Shown in pieces: positions 9,490 through 17,952 of a stretch of DNA of 64,000 nt. This DNA comes from Betaproteobacteria bacterium (GTDB lineage Bacteria > Pseudomonadota > Gammaproteobacteria > Burkholderiales > SG8-39). How positions within the stretch are numbered: position 1 is the first letter of the stretch; the number at the start of each line of letters is the position of its first letter. The stretch spans positions 10,622 to 74,621 of the forward strand of contig JAOUIL010000006.1 in the NCBI GenBank assembly GCA_029883975.1. The letters are read 5' to 3'. A program made the position numbers and the translations under genes. The notes beneath the pieces are model-generated. The model did no database searches. It was given only the letters and a program-made list of their open reading frames with translations, and was not told the DNA's origin.

Positions 9490-9551
9490 GACGGCGGGCC
9501 GCCGGCGGACCGCCGACCCTGCCGCGGCATGGTAGCAGACGCCGCGCGCGC

Positions 9552-9598
9552 GTGGTTCTGTGAAAGGATGCGCCGCGGCGTATTGCCATCGTCCATCG
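9552..9598. repeat. Direct-repeat copy B (relic 5' end of the CoA-binding gene, upstream of the kinase gene)
   Basis: The minus strand reads ATG GAC GAT GGC AAT ACG CCG CGG CGC ATC CTT TCA CAG AAC (MDDGNTPRRILSQN), compared with MDDINTLRRILSQN at 8175. Confidence 0.75.
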
Positions 9599-9610
9599 GG
9601 CGGATACTAT
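9583..9610 (+). promoter_or_regulatory. Candidate sigma70 promoter for the NIPSNAP operon
   Basis: TTGCCA (9583-9588), a 16-nt spacer, then TACTAT (9605-9610), about 30 nt upstream of the GTG start, which has a GAGGAGGAA Shine-Dalgarno. Confidence 0.3.
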
Positions 9611-9639
9611 AGTCGACCGCCACCGAGGAGGAAGCCCCC

Positions 9640-9981
9640 GTGTACGTCGAAGAACGCATGTATCTGCTGCAGGTCGGCAAGGCGCCCGAGTACTTCAAGC
9701 ACTACGAGGAAACCGGGATGAAGATCCAGCTTCGGCACCTGCCGAACCTGGTGGGCTACTACGTTACCGAGGTCGGCATGCAGAACCTGGTGACGCACAT
9801 GTGGGCCTACGACGACCTGCTGCAGCGGGAGAAGCAGCGCGCGGCGATGCAGGCCGATCCCGAGTGGCAGGCCTATCTGCCGAAGATCCGCCCGCTGATG
9901 ATTTCGCAGGAGACGAAGATCCACAAGTGCGCGCCGTTCTTCGTCGAGCGGCTGAAGAAGATGCTGGCGGCGGTGCGCTAG
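9640..9981 (+). CDS. NIPSNAP-family protein
   Basis: 113-aa ORF with a GTG start preceded by GAGGAGGAA. It has the dimeric alpha-beta barrel-type sequence HMWAYDDLLQREKQRAAM. Confidence 0.75.
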   Translation: MYVEERMYLLQVGKAPEYFKHYEETGMKIQLRHLPNLVGYYVTEVGMQNLVTHMWAYDDLLQREKQRAAMQADPEWQAYLPKIRPLMISQETKIHKCAPFFVERLKKMLAAVR

Positions 9982-9983
9982 CG

Positions 9984-10907
9984 GTGAGCCTGCATCCAAA
10001 GATCGTGCAGCTGCTCGAGCGCGCGGCGCAGTCGCCGCTGCCCCAGCTCTACGAGGTTCCGGCGCACGTCGCGCGGCGCATCTACCGCGACACGCGCGCC
10101 GCGCTCGCTCCACAAGCGCCGGAAGTGGCGGAATCTCGCCTCACGCTGGCACCGGGCCCGGTGGCCTTGCGCGCTTACCGGCCGCTGGGCGCGAAGCCTG
10201 ACGACGCGCTCCCCGCGCTCGTCTATTTCCACGGCGGCGGCTGGGTGATCGGCGACCTCGACACGCACGACGTGCTGTGCCGCCAGCTCGCCAACGGCGC
10301 GCGCTGCGCGGTGTACTCGGTGGATTACCGCATGGGCCCGGAACACCCGTTTCCCGCGGCGGTCGAGGATTGCATCGCGGCCACGCGCTTCGTCGCGTCG
10401 CGGCACGCGCAGGTCGCCGTCGGCGGCGACAGCGCGGGCGGCAATCTCGCGACGGTCGTCGCGCTGCACGCGCGCGACGCGGGTGGGCCGGCAATCGCGT
10501 ACCAGCTCCTGATCTATCCCGCAACCGACCAGCGTCTCGCGCATCCGTCGATCCGCAGGAACGGCGAGGGTTACCTGCTGACGAAGAAATCCATGGATTA
10601 CTTCCAGGCGCAGTACCTGCCGAACAAGAGCGACCTCCTCGACTGGCGTGCCTCGCCCTTGCTGGCGAGGAGCCTCGCCGGGCTGCCGCCGGCGTACGTC
10701 ATCACCGCGGGCTACGACCCGCTGCTCGACGAGGGGCGCGAATATGCCGAGCGCATGGCGAAGGAGGGCGTGGACGTTTCCTATCGCGAGTACGCGGACA
10801 TGATCCACGGGTTCATCCTGTTCGGCGGCGTCCTGGATACCGCCAATGCCGCGGTGCAGGAGTGCTGCGAGAAGCTGCGCAACGCCTTCGCGGGAGTGAC
10901 GGCATGA
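9984..10907 (+). CDS. Alpha/beta-hydrolase fold-3 esterase/lipase
   Basis: GTG start at 9984 (VSLHPKIVQ) in frame with track ORF 9801..10907. It has the HGGGW oxyanion motif, the GDSAGGN nucleophile elbow and a C-terminal DMIHGF. Confidence 0.85.
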   Translation: MSLHPKIVQLLERAAQSPLPQLYEVPAHVARRIYRDTRAALAPQAPEVAESRLTLAPGPVALRAYRPLGAKPDDALPALVYFHGGGWVIGDLDTHDVLCRQLANGARCAVYSVDYRMGPEHPFPAAVEDCIAATRFVASRHAQVAVGGDSAGGNLATVVALHARDAGGPAIAYQLLIYPATDQRLAHPSIRRNGEGYLLTKKSMDYFQAQYLPNKSDLLDWRASPLLARSLAGLPPAYVITAGYDPLLDEGREYAERMAKEGVDVSYREYADMIHGFILFGGVLDTANAAVQECCEKLRNAFAGVTA

Positions 10908-12586
10908 AGAAGGACCTGCGCACGCGCCACGCCGGGCGCATCCTCGCCGACGCGCTCGTCGGCCACGGCGCGAAGCTCGCTTTCGGCGTGCCCGGCGAGA
11001 GCTACCTGCCGGCGCTGGACGGCTTCTACGACGTGCGCGACCAGCTGAAGTTCATCGTCTGCCGCCAGGAAGGCGGCGCGTCCTACATGGCGGAGGCCTA
11101 CGGCAAGCTCACCGGCGAGCCGGGGATCCTTTTCGTCACGCGGGGTCCCGGCGCCACCAACGGCGCGGTCGGCGTGCATACCGCGTTCCAGGACTCCACG
11201 CCCATGGTCGTGTTCGTAGGGCAGGTGGGCAACGACTTCGCGGAGCGCGAGGCGTTCCAGGAGATCGACTATCGCCGCATGTACGGACCTCTGACCAAGT
11301 GGGTGGCGCAGATCGACCGCGCCGAGCGCATTCCCGAGTACGTGAGCCACGCCTTCCACACGGCGAAGGCGGGGCGCCCCGGGCCTGTGCTGCTCGCGCT
11401 GCCCGAGGACATGCTGTTTTCGGAGGCCGCCGTGGCCGACGTGCCGCGCTACAAGACGGTGCGCCCCGCGCCCGCGCCCGCGGATATGCGCAGGCTCCAG
11501 CAAATGTTGCAGTCGGCCGAGCGCCCGTTCGTCATCCTCGGCGGCGGCGGCTGGGATCGCGCGAGCTGCGACGCGCTGCGCGCATGGCTCGAGTCCGTGC
11601 AGCTCGCGGCCGGCACCTCGTTCCGCTGCCAGGATCTGCTCGACAACCGCAGCCCTTCGTTCGCGGGCGACGTCGGCATCGGCATCAACCCGAAGCTCGC
11701 CGGGCGCATCCGCGAAGCGGATGTCGTGCTGGTGATCGGCGCGCGCCTGGGCGAGATGACCACCAGCGGCTACACGCTGTTCCAGGCGCCGGTGCCCGCG
11801 CAAGAGCTGATCCACGTGCACGGCGGCGCGGAAGAGCTCGGACGCGTGTACCACGCGGCGCTGCCGATCAACTCGGGCATGCCCGACTTCGTGCAGGCGC
11901 TCGCGCTGGTGAAACTGGACGGCGGCAAGTGGCGAGCGCGAACGGCCCAGGCGCGCGAGGAGTACCTGGCGTGGACCGAGGCCCGGCCGATTCCGGGCAA
12001 GCTGCAGTACGCCGAGGTGGTGAAGTGGCTGGACGCGAACCTCCCCGAGGACGCGATCATCGCCGGCGGCGCCGGCAACTTCTCCGGCTGGGTGCACCGG
12101 TACTTCCGCTACAAGGGATTCCGCACGCAGCTCGGCTCGACCAACGGCTCGATGGGCTGCGGCCTGCCTTCGGCGATCGCGGCCAAGCTCGCCGCGCCGC
12201 AGCGCACCGTGGTGGCCGTGACCGGAGACGGGGACTTCCTCATGACCGGCCAGGAATTCGCGACGGCCGCCCAGTACGGCGCACCGGTGATCACGCTGGT
12301 AGTGAACAACGGCATGTACGGCACGATCCGCATGCACCAGGAGCGCGAGTATCCGGGCCGTGTCTCGGGCACCGAGCTGCAGAATCCGGACTTTGCCGCC
12401 TATGCGCGGGCCTTTGGCGGCCATGGCGAGGTCGTGGAGACGACCGATCAGTTCGCGCCGGCGTTCGAGCGTGCGCGCGCCTCGGGCAGGCCGGCGATCC
12501 TCGAGCTGCGCATCGATCCCGATGCGATCACCACCTCGACCACCCTCTCGGCGATCCGCAAGCAGGCGCTCGAGCGCCGCCCCTAG
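10904..12586 (+). CDS. Thiamine-diphosphate-dependent enzyme (acetolactate synthase-like family)
   Basis: Starts at MKKDLRTRHAGRILAD, with ATG 10904 overlapping the esterase stop. It has an N-terminal Pyr domain and a C-terminal TPP motif GDGDFLMTGQE...NNGMYG. Confidence 0.85.
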   Translation: MKKDLRTRHAGRILADALVGHGAKLAFGVPGESYLPALDGFYDVRDQLKFIVCRQEGGASYMAEAYGKLTGEPGILFVTRGPGATNGAVGVHTAFQDSTPMVVFVGQVGNDFAEREAFQEIDYRRMYGPLTKWVAQIDRAERIPEYVSHAFHTAKAGRPGPVLLALPEDMLFSEAAVADVPRYKTVRPAPAPADMRRLQQMLQSAERPFVILGGGGWDRASCDALRAWLESVQLAAGTSFRCQDLLDNRSPSFAGDVGIGINPKLAGRIREADVVLVIGARLGEMTTSGYTLFQAPVPAQELIHVHGGAEELGRVYHAALPINSGMPDFVQALALVKLDGGKWRARTAQAREEYLAWTEARPIPGKLQYAEVVKWLDANLPEDAIIAGGAGNFSGWVHRYFRYKGFRTQLGSTNGSMGCGLPSAIAAKLAAPQRTVVAVTGDGDFLMTGQEFATAAQYGAPVITLVVNNGMYGTIRMHQEREYPGRVSGTELQNPDFAAYARAFGGHGEVVETTDQFAPAFERARASGRPAILELRIDPDAITTSTTLSAIRKQALERRP

Positions 12587-12589
12587 CCC

Positions 12590-12955
12590 TCAGGTGGTGG
12601 CGACGAAGCCCTCGTCGGCCTGGTGCTCGCGCTCGAATTTGAGGAACTCGTAGTAGCCGCAGCGCGCGCCGTACGGATAGCTGCGGCAGGTGTGCGGCCG
12701 CGCCTCGTACACAGTGCAGCGGCGCGCCGTGCGGTCGAGGAACATGCACACCGAGGTGAAGTGCTCGTCCTCGCGGTGCCGCAGGATGCGCACGTTCTCC
12801 TCGCGCTGCAGCTTGGTGTAGCGCTCCTCCGCCTGCGCTTCACTCACGCCGAAATGCCGCGCCAGGCGCGCGATGTCGGCCTTCGAGACCTCGATCTCGG
12901 GGTAGCTGCAGCAGTAGGCCGGGCACTTGCCGCAGTCGTAGCAGGTCTTTGCCAT
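12590..12955 (-). CDS. YkgJ-family cysteine-cluster (Zn/Fe-binding) protein
   Basis: 121 aa starting at MAKTCYDCGKCPAYCC, plus a second Cys set, RRCTVYEARPHTCRSYP. Confidence 0.75.
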   Translation of the reverse strand: MAKTCYDCGKCPAYCCSYPEIEVSKADIARLARHFGVSEAQAEERYTKLQREENVRILRHREDEHFTSVCMFLDRTARRCTVYEARPHTCRSYPYGARCGYYEFLKFEREHQADEGFVATT

Positions 12956-13051
12956 GGAAGGCGCGCATCTTAACCCGATTCGATGGCCGCTTCGTTTCAT
13001 AGGTGCAGGGCGCACCACGTTGGCGCGCCGCATCACAGGAAAGGAGCGGAC

Positions 13052-13762
13052 ATGAACGTGTTCAGGCTGGCCGGGGCGGCGCTCGCGCTCGCCCTGTCGA
13101 CGCAGGCGCTCGCGGTCGGGCGCATCGCCGACATCAACGTCTTCGACCGCAGCAACGGGCGCCGGCTGCCCGTCTACTGGCACGCGGGGCAGGCGTACGT
13201 CGTGGGCAGGCCGGGCAGCGAGTACCGGATCGAGGTGCGCAACCGCGAAGGCGGCGACCTGCTGGCGGTCATGTCGGTGGATGGCGTGAACGTCATCACC
13301 GGAGCGAGCGCGCACCCGGCGCAGAGCGGCTACGTGATCGGGCCGCGCGGACGGCTGGCGGTGGACGGCTGGCGCAAGAGCCTCGAGCGCACCGCGGCGT
13401 TCTACTTCACGGCGCTCGGCGACTCGTACGCGGCACGCACGGGGCGCCCGGAGGACGTCGGCGTGATCGGGGTAGCGCTCTTTCGCCGCAAGGCGGAGCC
13501 GCCACAGCCGTTCAGCGGTATCGCCTCCGAGCCGCGCGCCGCGGCGCGGGACTCGGCCAAGGCGGAAGAGTCGCTCGGCACCGGCCATGGCCGGAGCGAG
13601 ACCTCCTACGCCCGGCACGTGACGTTCGAGCGCGCCACGCCTCACCCCGCGGAGACCATCGCGATTCGCTACGACAGCTACCGCAATCTCGTCGCGCTGG
13701 GCGTGATCCGCGAGACGCCGCGGCACCCTCGGCCGTTTCCGGGCTTCGTGCCCGACGCGTAA
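13052..13762 (+). CDS. Secreted protein of unknown function (first gene of the ECF operon)
   Basis: The ATG at 13052 is preceded by AAGGAG. It has a signal peptide MNVFRLAGAALALALSTQALA|VG. I do not recognise the mature domain. Confidence 0.7.
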   Translation: MNVFRLAGAALALALSTQALAVGRIADINVFDRSNGRRLPVYWHAGQAYVVGRPGSEYRIEVRNREGGDLLAVMSVDGVNVITGASAHPAQSGYVIGPRGRLAVDGWRKSLERTAAFYFTALGDSYAARTGRPEDVGVIGVALFRRKAEPPQPFSGIASEPRAAARDSAKAEESLGTGHGRSETSYARHVTFERATPHPAETIAIRYDSYRNLVALGVIRETPRHPRPFPGFVPDA

Positions 13763-13772
13763 ACTCGGCGGC

Positions 13773-14309
13773 GTGGAGGCCCCGGACGAACAGCTCATGC
13801 TCGCCTATCGGCAGGGCGACGCCGGGGCCTTCGACACGCTGTACTCGCGGCACAAGGGGCCGCTGTACCGATTCGTCCTGCGCGCGGTGCGCGAGCGCGC
13901 TGTAGCGGAGGAGCTTTACCAGGAGATCTGGATGCGGGTGATCGAGGCGCGGGGCCGATACGAGGCGCGGGCGCGGTTCACCACGTGGCTGTACACCATT
14001 GCGCACCACCGCCTCACCGACCACTGGCGCAAGCGCGGACTGAAGGTGGTGGAGCTGCAGGACGACGATGCCGCCGCCCCGCGTGCCGACGACCCGGAGG
14101 CGCGCGCCGCCGGGCGCGAGGACCTGCAGCGCCTCGCGCAGGCGATGGCCGCGTTGCCCGGATTGCAGCGCGAGGCCTTCCTGCTGCACGCCGAGGCCGG
14201 CATGACGGTTGCCGAGATCGCCGTCGCGACCGGCGCGAACGAGGAGGCGGCGAAGAGCCGGCTGCGCTACGCGCTCGGCAAGCTCGAGGCGGCATTGAAA
14301 GATGACTGA
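13773..14309 (+). CDS. ECF-type RNA polymerase sigma-70 factor
   Basis: 178-aa ORF with a GTG start. Region 2 is FDTLYSRHKGPLYRFV ... TWLYTIAHHRLTDHWRK and region 4 is LPGLQREAFLLHAEAGMTVAEIA. Confidence 0.88.
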   Translation: MEAPDEQLMLAYRQGDAGAFDTLYSRHKGPLYRFVLRAVRERAVAEELYQEIWMRVIEARGRYEARARFTTWLYTIAHHRLTDHWRKRGLKVVELQDDDAAAPRADDPEARAAGREDLQRLAQAMAALPGLQREAFLLHAEAGMTVAEIAVATGANEEAAKSRLRYALGKLEAALKDD

Positions 14310-14961
14310 ACCGGAACGCGACGAGCGGATTGCGCAGGCCTACAGGGCGCTCGGCCGCGAGGAGCCGCGCGCGGCGCTCGACGCCGCGATTCTGGCCGCC
14401 TCGCGGCGGCACAGGGCGCGCTGGCGGGTTCCGCTGGCCGCGGCTGCGGCGCTGACGCTCGCCGTCGGCGTCGCGCTGGTCGTCGAGCGGGAAGAGCGGA
14501 CGCGGACGGAAGAGGTGGTGCTTGCGCCGCAAGTGATGAAGTCCCCGGCGCCGGTGGCCGGGCCGCGCGGCGACGCGCGTTCGGCCACGGTGCCCGCGGC
14601 ACCTGGAAAGCCGCAAGTCGCTCCCGAGCGGGCGGCGGCTGCGCCGCCGGCGCTCGCAGAGGCGAAGCGCGAGCGCAGCGACGAGGCGGGGAGGCGGGTC
14701 ATGCAGGCAGCCGAGCCTGTCGGTCAGGCATCGGCGCCGGCCGCGGATCGGTCAGCGCCGGCGACGAGCGTCGCGGGCGCGCTGAGCGCCGCGAAGCCGG
14801 CGGAAGAGGCCGACACCCCGGAGCGCTGGCTGGAGCGCATCGCCGGGCTGCGCGAGCAGGGACGCGTGCGCGAAGCCGACGAGAGCCTCGCCGAATTCCG
14901 GCGCCGGCACCCCGACTACCGCATTCCGGAGCCGATGCTGCGGCGCGTCGCCCCGCGCTAG
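14302..14961 (+). CDS. Putative anti-sigma factor (single-pass membrane protein)
   Basis: It overlaps the sigma gene by 8 nt. It has an N-terminal cytoplasmic segment, one TM (VPLAAAAALTLAVGVALVV) and an Ala/Pro-rich periplasmic part. Confidence 0.65.
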   Translation: MTEPERDERIAQAYRALGREEPRAALDAAILAASRRHRARWRVPLAAAAALTLAVGVALVVEREERTRTEEVVLAPQVMKSPAPVAGPRGDARSATVPAAPGKPQVAPERAAAAPPALAEAKRERSDEAGRRVMQAAEPVGQASAPAADRSAPATSVAGALSAAKPAEEADTPERWLERIAGLREQGRVREADESLAEFRRRHPDYRIPEPMLRRVAPR

Positions 14962-17915
14962 GGGCGATAAGCAAGGAGATAGCGCTCGAACGGCGCGAGA
15001 TCGTCGCCGTGCAGCGCGGGCGAGTGCTTGGCCCACAGGCGCATCGCTTCTTCCCTCTGCCCGCTCGCCTGCGCACCGAGCACCGCGGTCAGCAGCAGGT
15101 AGCGGGCCCAGTCGACGCTCGGGCGCCCGGGCAGCTCGAGCTGCTCGCGGGCGCGCTCGAGCATGGCCCGCGCGTCGCGCTCGGCAATGGCACGGTAGAT
15201 GGCGAAGCGCTGCTGCACCTGCGGCGTCGTGCGCGCGAGCGGGCAACCGATCCACTTGGGCTCGACCCACAGCTCGCGCCTGAACTGCGGCGCCAGGTGC
15301 GACAGGGTATTGATCGCCGCGATATGCAGCTGCTCCAGGACAAAACCCTCGACCTTCGCGCCGCACAGCGCGCGCGGCGCGCGAAAAACGAGCACCGCGG
15401 CCGGCGGCAGCTGATCGTCGTGCGGCGCCTTTCCCTTGACGAGTGCCTGGTGCAGCTCGAGCGCGCTCACCTGCTGCATGTACACGCCCATGCCCGCGCG
15501 CGGCGCTGGCGCCGTGAGGAACGCCCGGCGCCCGTCGCCCAGCATCTCCAGGATGGGCAGCGGCGCGATGGCGAGCTGCACGATGCCGTCGGCCGTCTGG
15601 CGCAGGTAGCGCGCGCGCGGCGCCTCGAGCTGCACGGTGGGGCGGAAATCCGAATTCACCGGTGCGGCGAGCTGCTCGAAGTAAGGGGCGAGCTCGCGCT
15701 TGCCGCCGATCCTGCGCGCGAGCAGGTGCTCGCGGCGGCTGATGCCGACCTGCTTGAGGAAATCGAGGAAGGCTGGCTCACCCGCGGGCAACTCGCCCGG
15801 CAAGGGCACGCGGCCTTCGCGCACCGCCATGACGACGAGGTCGCCCACGCTGGCCTGGTAGACGTCGTAGTCGGCAAAGACCGAGTCCAGCGCCGCGAAC
15901 ATGGAGCCGAGCAGCCGGTCGTTCAGCTCGTAGAACTGCAGCCACTGCACGAAGATGCCGTCCGGCGCGAGCTGGCGCGTGGCATGGCGGTAGAACTCCA
16001 CCGTGAACAGGCTGGACACGCCATTCACCCAGGGGTTGGAAGGCTCCGACACGATCACGTCATAGCGCTTGCCGTGCCGCGCGAAGAAACTCTTCGCGTC
16101 CTCGAAATGCACCGTCATGCGCCGGTCGCGGAACACGCGCGCCACGCGCGGGCTGAAGGCATAGGCGCCGGCGGCCATCGCCGGCTCGATTTCGATCATG
16201 TCCAGCACGCGCGGGCCGGAATGCGACAGGACGGCGTCCGCCGTCATTCCCGAGCCAAAGCCGATGTTGGCGATGATGCGCGCTTGCGGCTTGGCGAGCA
16301 GCGGCAGCGAGCCGAGCAGCGCCATGGTGTACTCGTCCTCGCGGCGCGGCCGCGACGGGTCCATCTGTATGGACGCATCGGGCTTGCCGTTGGTGAGGAT
16401 ACTGCGCGCGCCGTCCCGGTTGGCCAGCACGGCCACGGATGCGGTCTTGCCGTCGCGATAGAACAGCACTTCCTGCGCGCTGCGCTCGGCCACGCCGTAG
16501 CGGAATACGCCGGAGGAAAGGCGCGCGGGCTCGAGCACCGCGGCACGGGCAGTGACGGCCGCGGCCAGCAGGCCGAGAATGAGCGCTGCGAATGCTTCGA
16601 CACGCTGCAGGCGGAAGCCGGACCAGCGCAACAGCCACGCGCCCAGGAGAATGTCGAGGCTTGCGCCCAGGACCAGGGTCACCTTCAGTCCCGCGGCCGG
16701 CACGAGCACATGGACCGCGAGCAGCACGCCGGCGATCGCGCCGAGCGTGTTGGCGGCATAGACCTGGCCGATGGCGCGCTCGCCGCGCCCGCCGCGCATG
16801 AGCACGTGCGTGAACAGCGGCAGCGTCATGCCGGCGAGAAAGGTCGCCGGCAGCATGACGGCGAGCGCGATGCCGTGGCCGAAGAGGTTGAACAGCGGGT
16901 AGCTCGATGCATTGCGTTGCAGCGCCGTCAGCGCCCACTCCATCCAGTCGAAGCTCCAGTGGTAGAGGAAGAGGGTGCCGAGTGCGGCGAGACCCATGAG
17001 CACCTGCACGAGCCCGACGAAGCGCACCGGGTTGGCGATGCGGTCGATGCGCTTGCGGATCCACAGTCCGCCGAGCGCCAGCCCGGCGATGAACGCCGAG
17101 AGCATGAGTTCGAAGGCGTGGAACGAGGAGCTCAGCACCAGCGACAGCATGCGGATCCAGGCTACCTCGTAGATGAAGGAGGCGGCCCCGGTGACGCCCG
17201 CGGCGACCAGAAAGAGCACGACCAGTCCGGTGTGCGCCGCAAGCGCGCCCGGCGCGGTTGCGTCCGCCGCGGGACGGGGCTCCGTGCCGCGCGCAAGCGA
17301 CAGCACGAGGACCGCGAGCGCGAGGTTCAGCACCCCGGCCAGGCGCATCGTGCCCGGCATGCCCAGCCAGCCCATCAGCAGGAAGGCGGCCACCAGCGCG
17401 CCTGCCGCCGCCCCGATGGAGTTGGTGAAATACAGCATCGCCAGATGGTGCCCGCTCGCCGGGCCGCCCGCAGCGTCGGTCGGGTAGCGCCGGATCACCG
17501 CGCCGCTCATCAGGGGAAAGGTCATGCCGAGCAGCACGGTCTGCGGCACGATCAGCAGCGCGCACAGGGCGTACTTGAAGAACTCGATCGCCGCCGGGCT
17601 GCCGATCGCCGGAATCACACTGTGCAGGGACCAGTCGGTCAGCCAGGTGAACACGGAGTGAAAGGCGAGCGCCGCCACGCCGATCAGCGCTTCGATCCAG
17701 CCGTAGGCGGCGAGCAGGTTGCGCTGCGCGCCGGCCCTGCTCGCGAGCCAGGCGCCCAGCGCCAGGCCGCCCATGAAGGCGGCGAGCACGAAGGACTGGG
17801 CGAACGCCGCCGAGCCGAGGAACAGCTTCAGGTAATGCGACCAGACGGATTCGTACACGAGCCCCGTGAAGCCGGACAGCGTGAACAGGGCGAAAAGGAC
17901 GCGCGGGGAGCTCAT
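14958..17915 (-). CDS. Fused polytopic membrane / spermidine-synthase-like (PABS-fold) protein with a C-terminal extension
   Basis: 985-aa ORF. The N-terminal half has many TM helices. It is followed by a class-I methyltransferase/aminopropyltransferase fold (IGFGSG ... DVIVSEPSNPW) and a roughly 280-aa helical C-terminal region. Confidence 0.8.
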   Translation of the reverse strand: MSSPRVLFALFTLSGFTGLVYESVWSHYLKLFLGSAAFAQSFVLAAFMGGLALGAWLASRAGAQRNLLAAYGWIEALIGVAALAFHSVFTWLTDWSLHSVIPAIGSPAAIEFFKYALCALLIVPQTVLLGMTFPLMSGAVIRRYPTDAAGGPASGHHLAMLYFTNSIGAAAGALVAAFLLMGWLGMPGTMRLAGVLNLALAVLVLSLARGTEPRPAADATAPGALAAHTGLVVLFLVAAGVTGAASFIYEVAWIRMLSLVLSSSFHAFELMLSAFIAGLALGGLWIRKRIDRIANPVRFVGLVQVLMGLAALGTLFLYHWSFDWMEWALTALQRNASSYPLFNLFGHGIALAVMLPATFLAGMTLPLFTHVLMRGGRGERAIGQVYAANTLGAIAGVLLAVHVLVPAAGLKVTLVLGASLDILLGAWLLRWSGFRLQRVEAFAALILGLLAAAVTARAAVLEPARLSSGVFRYGVAERSAQEVLFYRDGKTASVAVLANRDGARSILTNGKPDASIQMDPSRPRREDEYTMALLGSLPLLAKPQARIIANIGFGSGMTADAVLSHSGPRVLDMIEIEPAMAAGAYAFSPRVARVFRDRRMTVHFEDAKSFFARHGKRYDVIVSEPSNPWVNGVSSLFTVEFYRHATRQLAPDGIFVQWLQFYELNDRLLGSMFAALDSVFADYDVYQASVGDLVVMAVREGRVPLPGELPAGEPAFLDFLKQVGISRREHLLARRIGGKRELAPYFEQLAAPVNSDFRPTVQLEAPRARYLRQTADGIVQLAIAPLPILEMLGDGRRAFLTAPAPRAGMGVYMQQVSALELHQALVKGKAPHDDQLPPAAVLVFRAPRALCGAKVEGFVLEQLHIAAINTLSHLAPQFRRELWVEPKWIGCPLARTTPQVQQRFAIYRAIAERDARAMLERAREQLELPGRPSVDWARYLLLTAVLGAQASGQREEAMRLWAKHSPALHGDDLAPFERYLLAYRP

Positions 17916-17952
17916 GCAGCAATCCTAGCCTATCGGCGGGATAATCCCGGCC

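Noticed and set aside
12971-12997. ECF-type promoter (AAC … CGT) upstream of the secreted-protein gene
   Set aside because: TTAACC and CGTTT are present, but the AAC-to-CGT spacing is 18 nt, against the 16-17 nt typical of ECF promoters, and the -35 is a poor match to GGAAC. It is too weak to call without a transcription start site.
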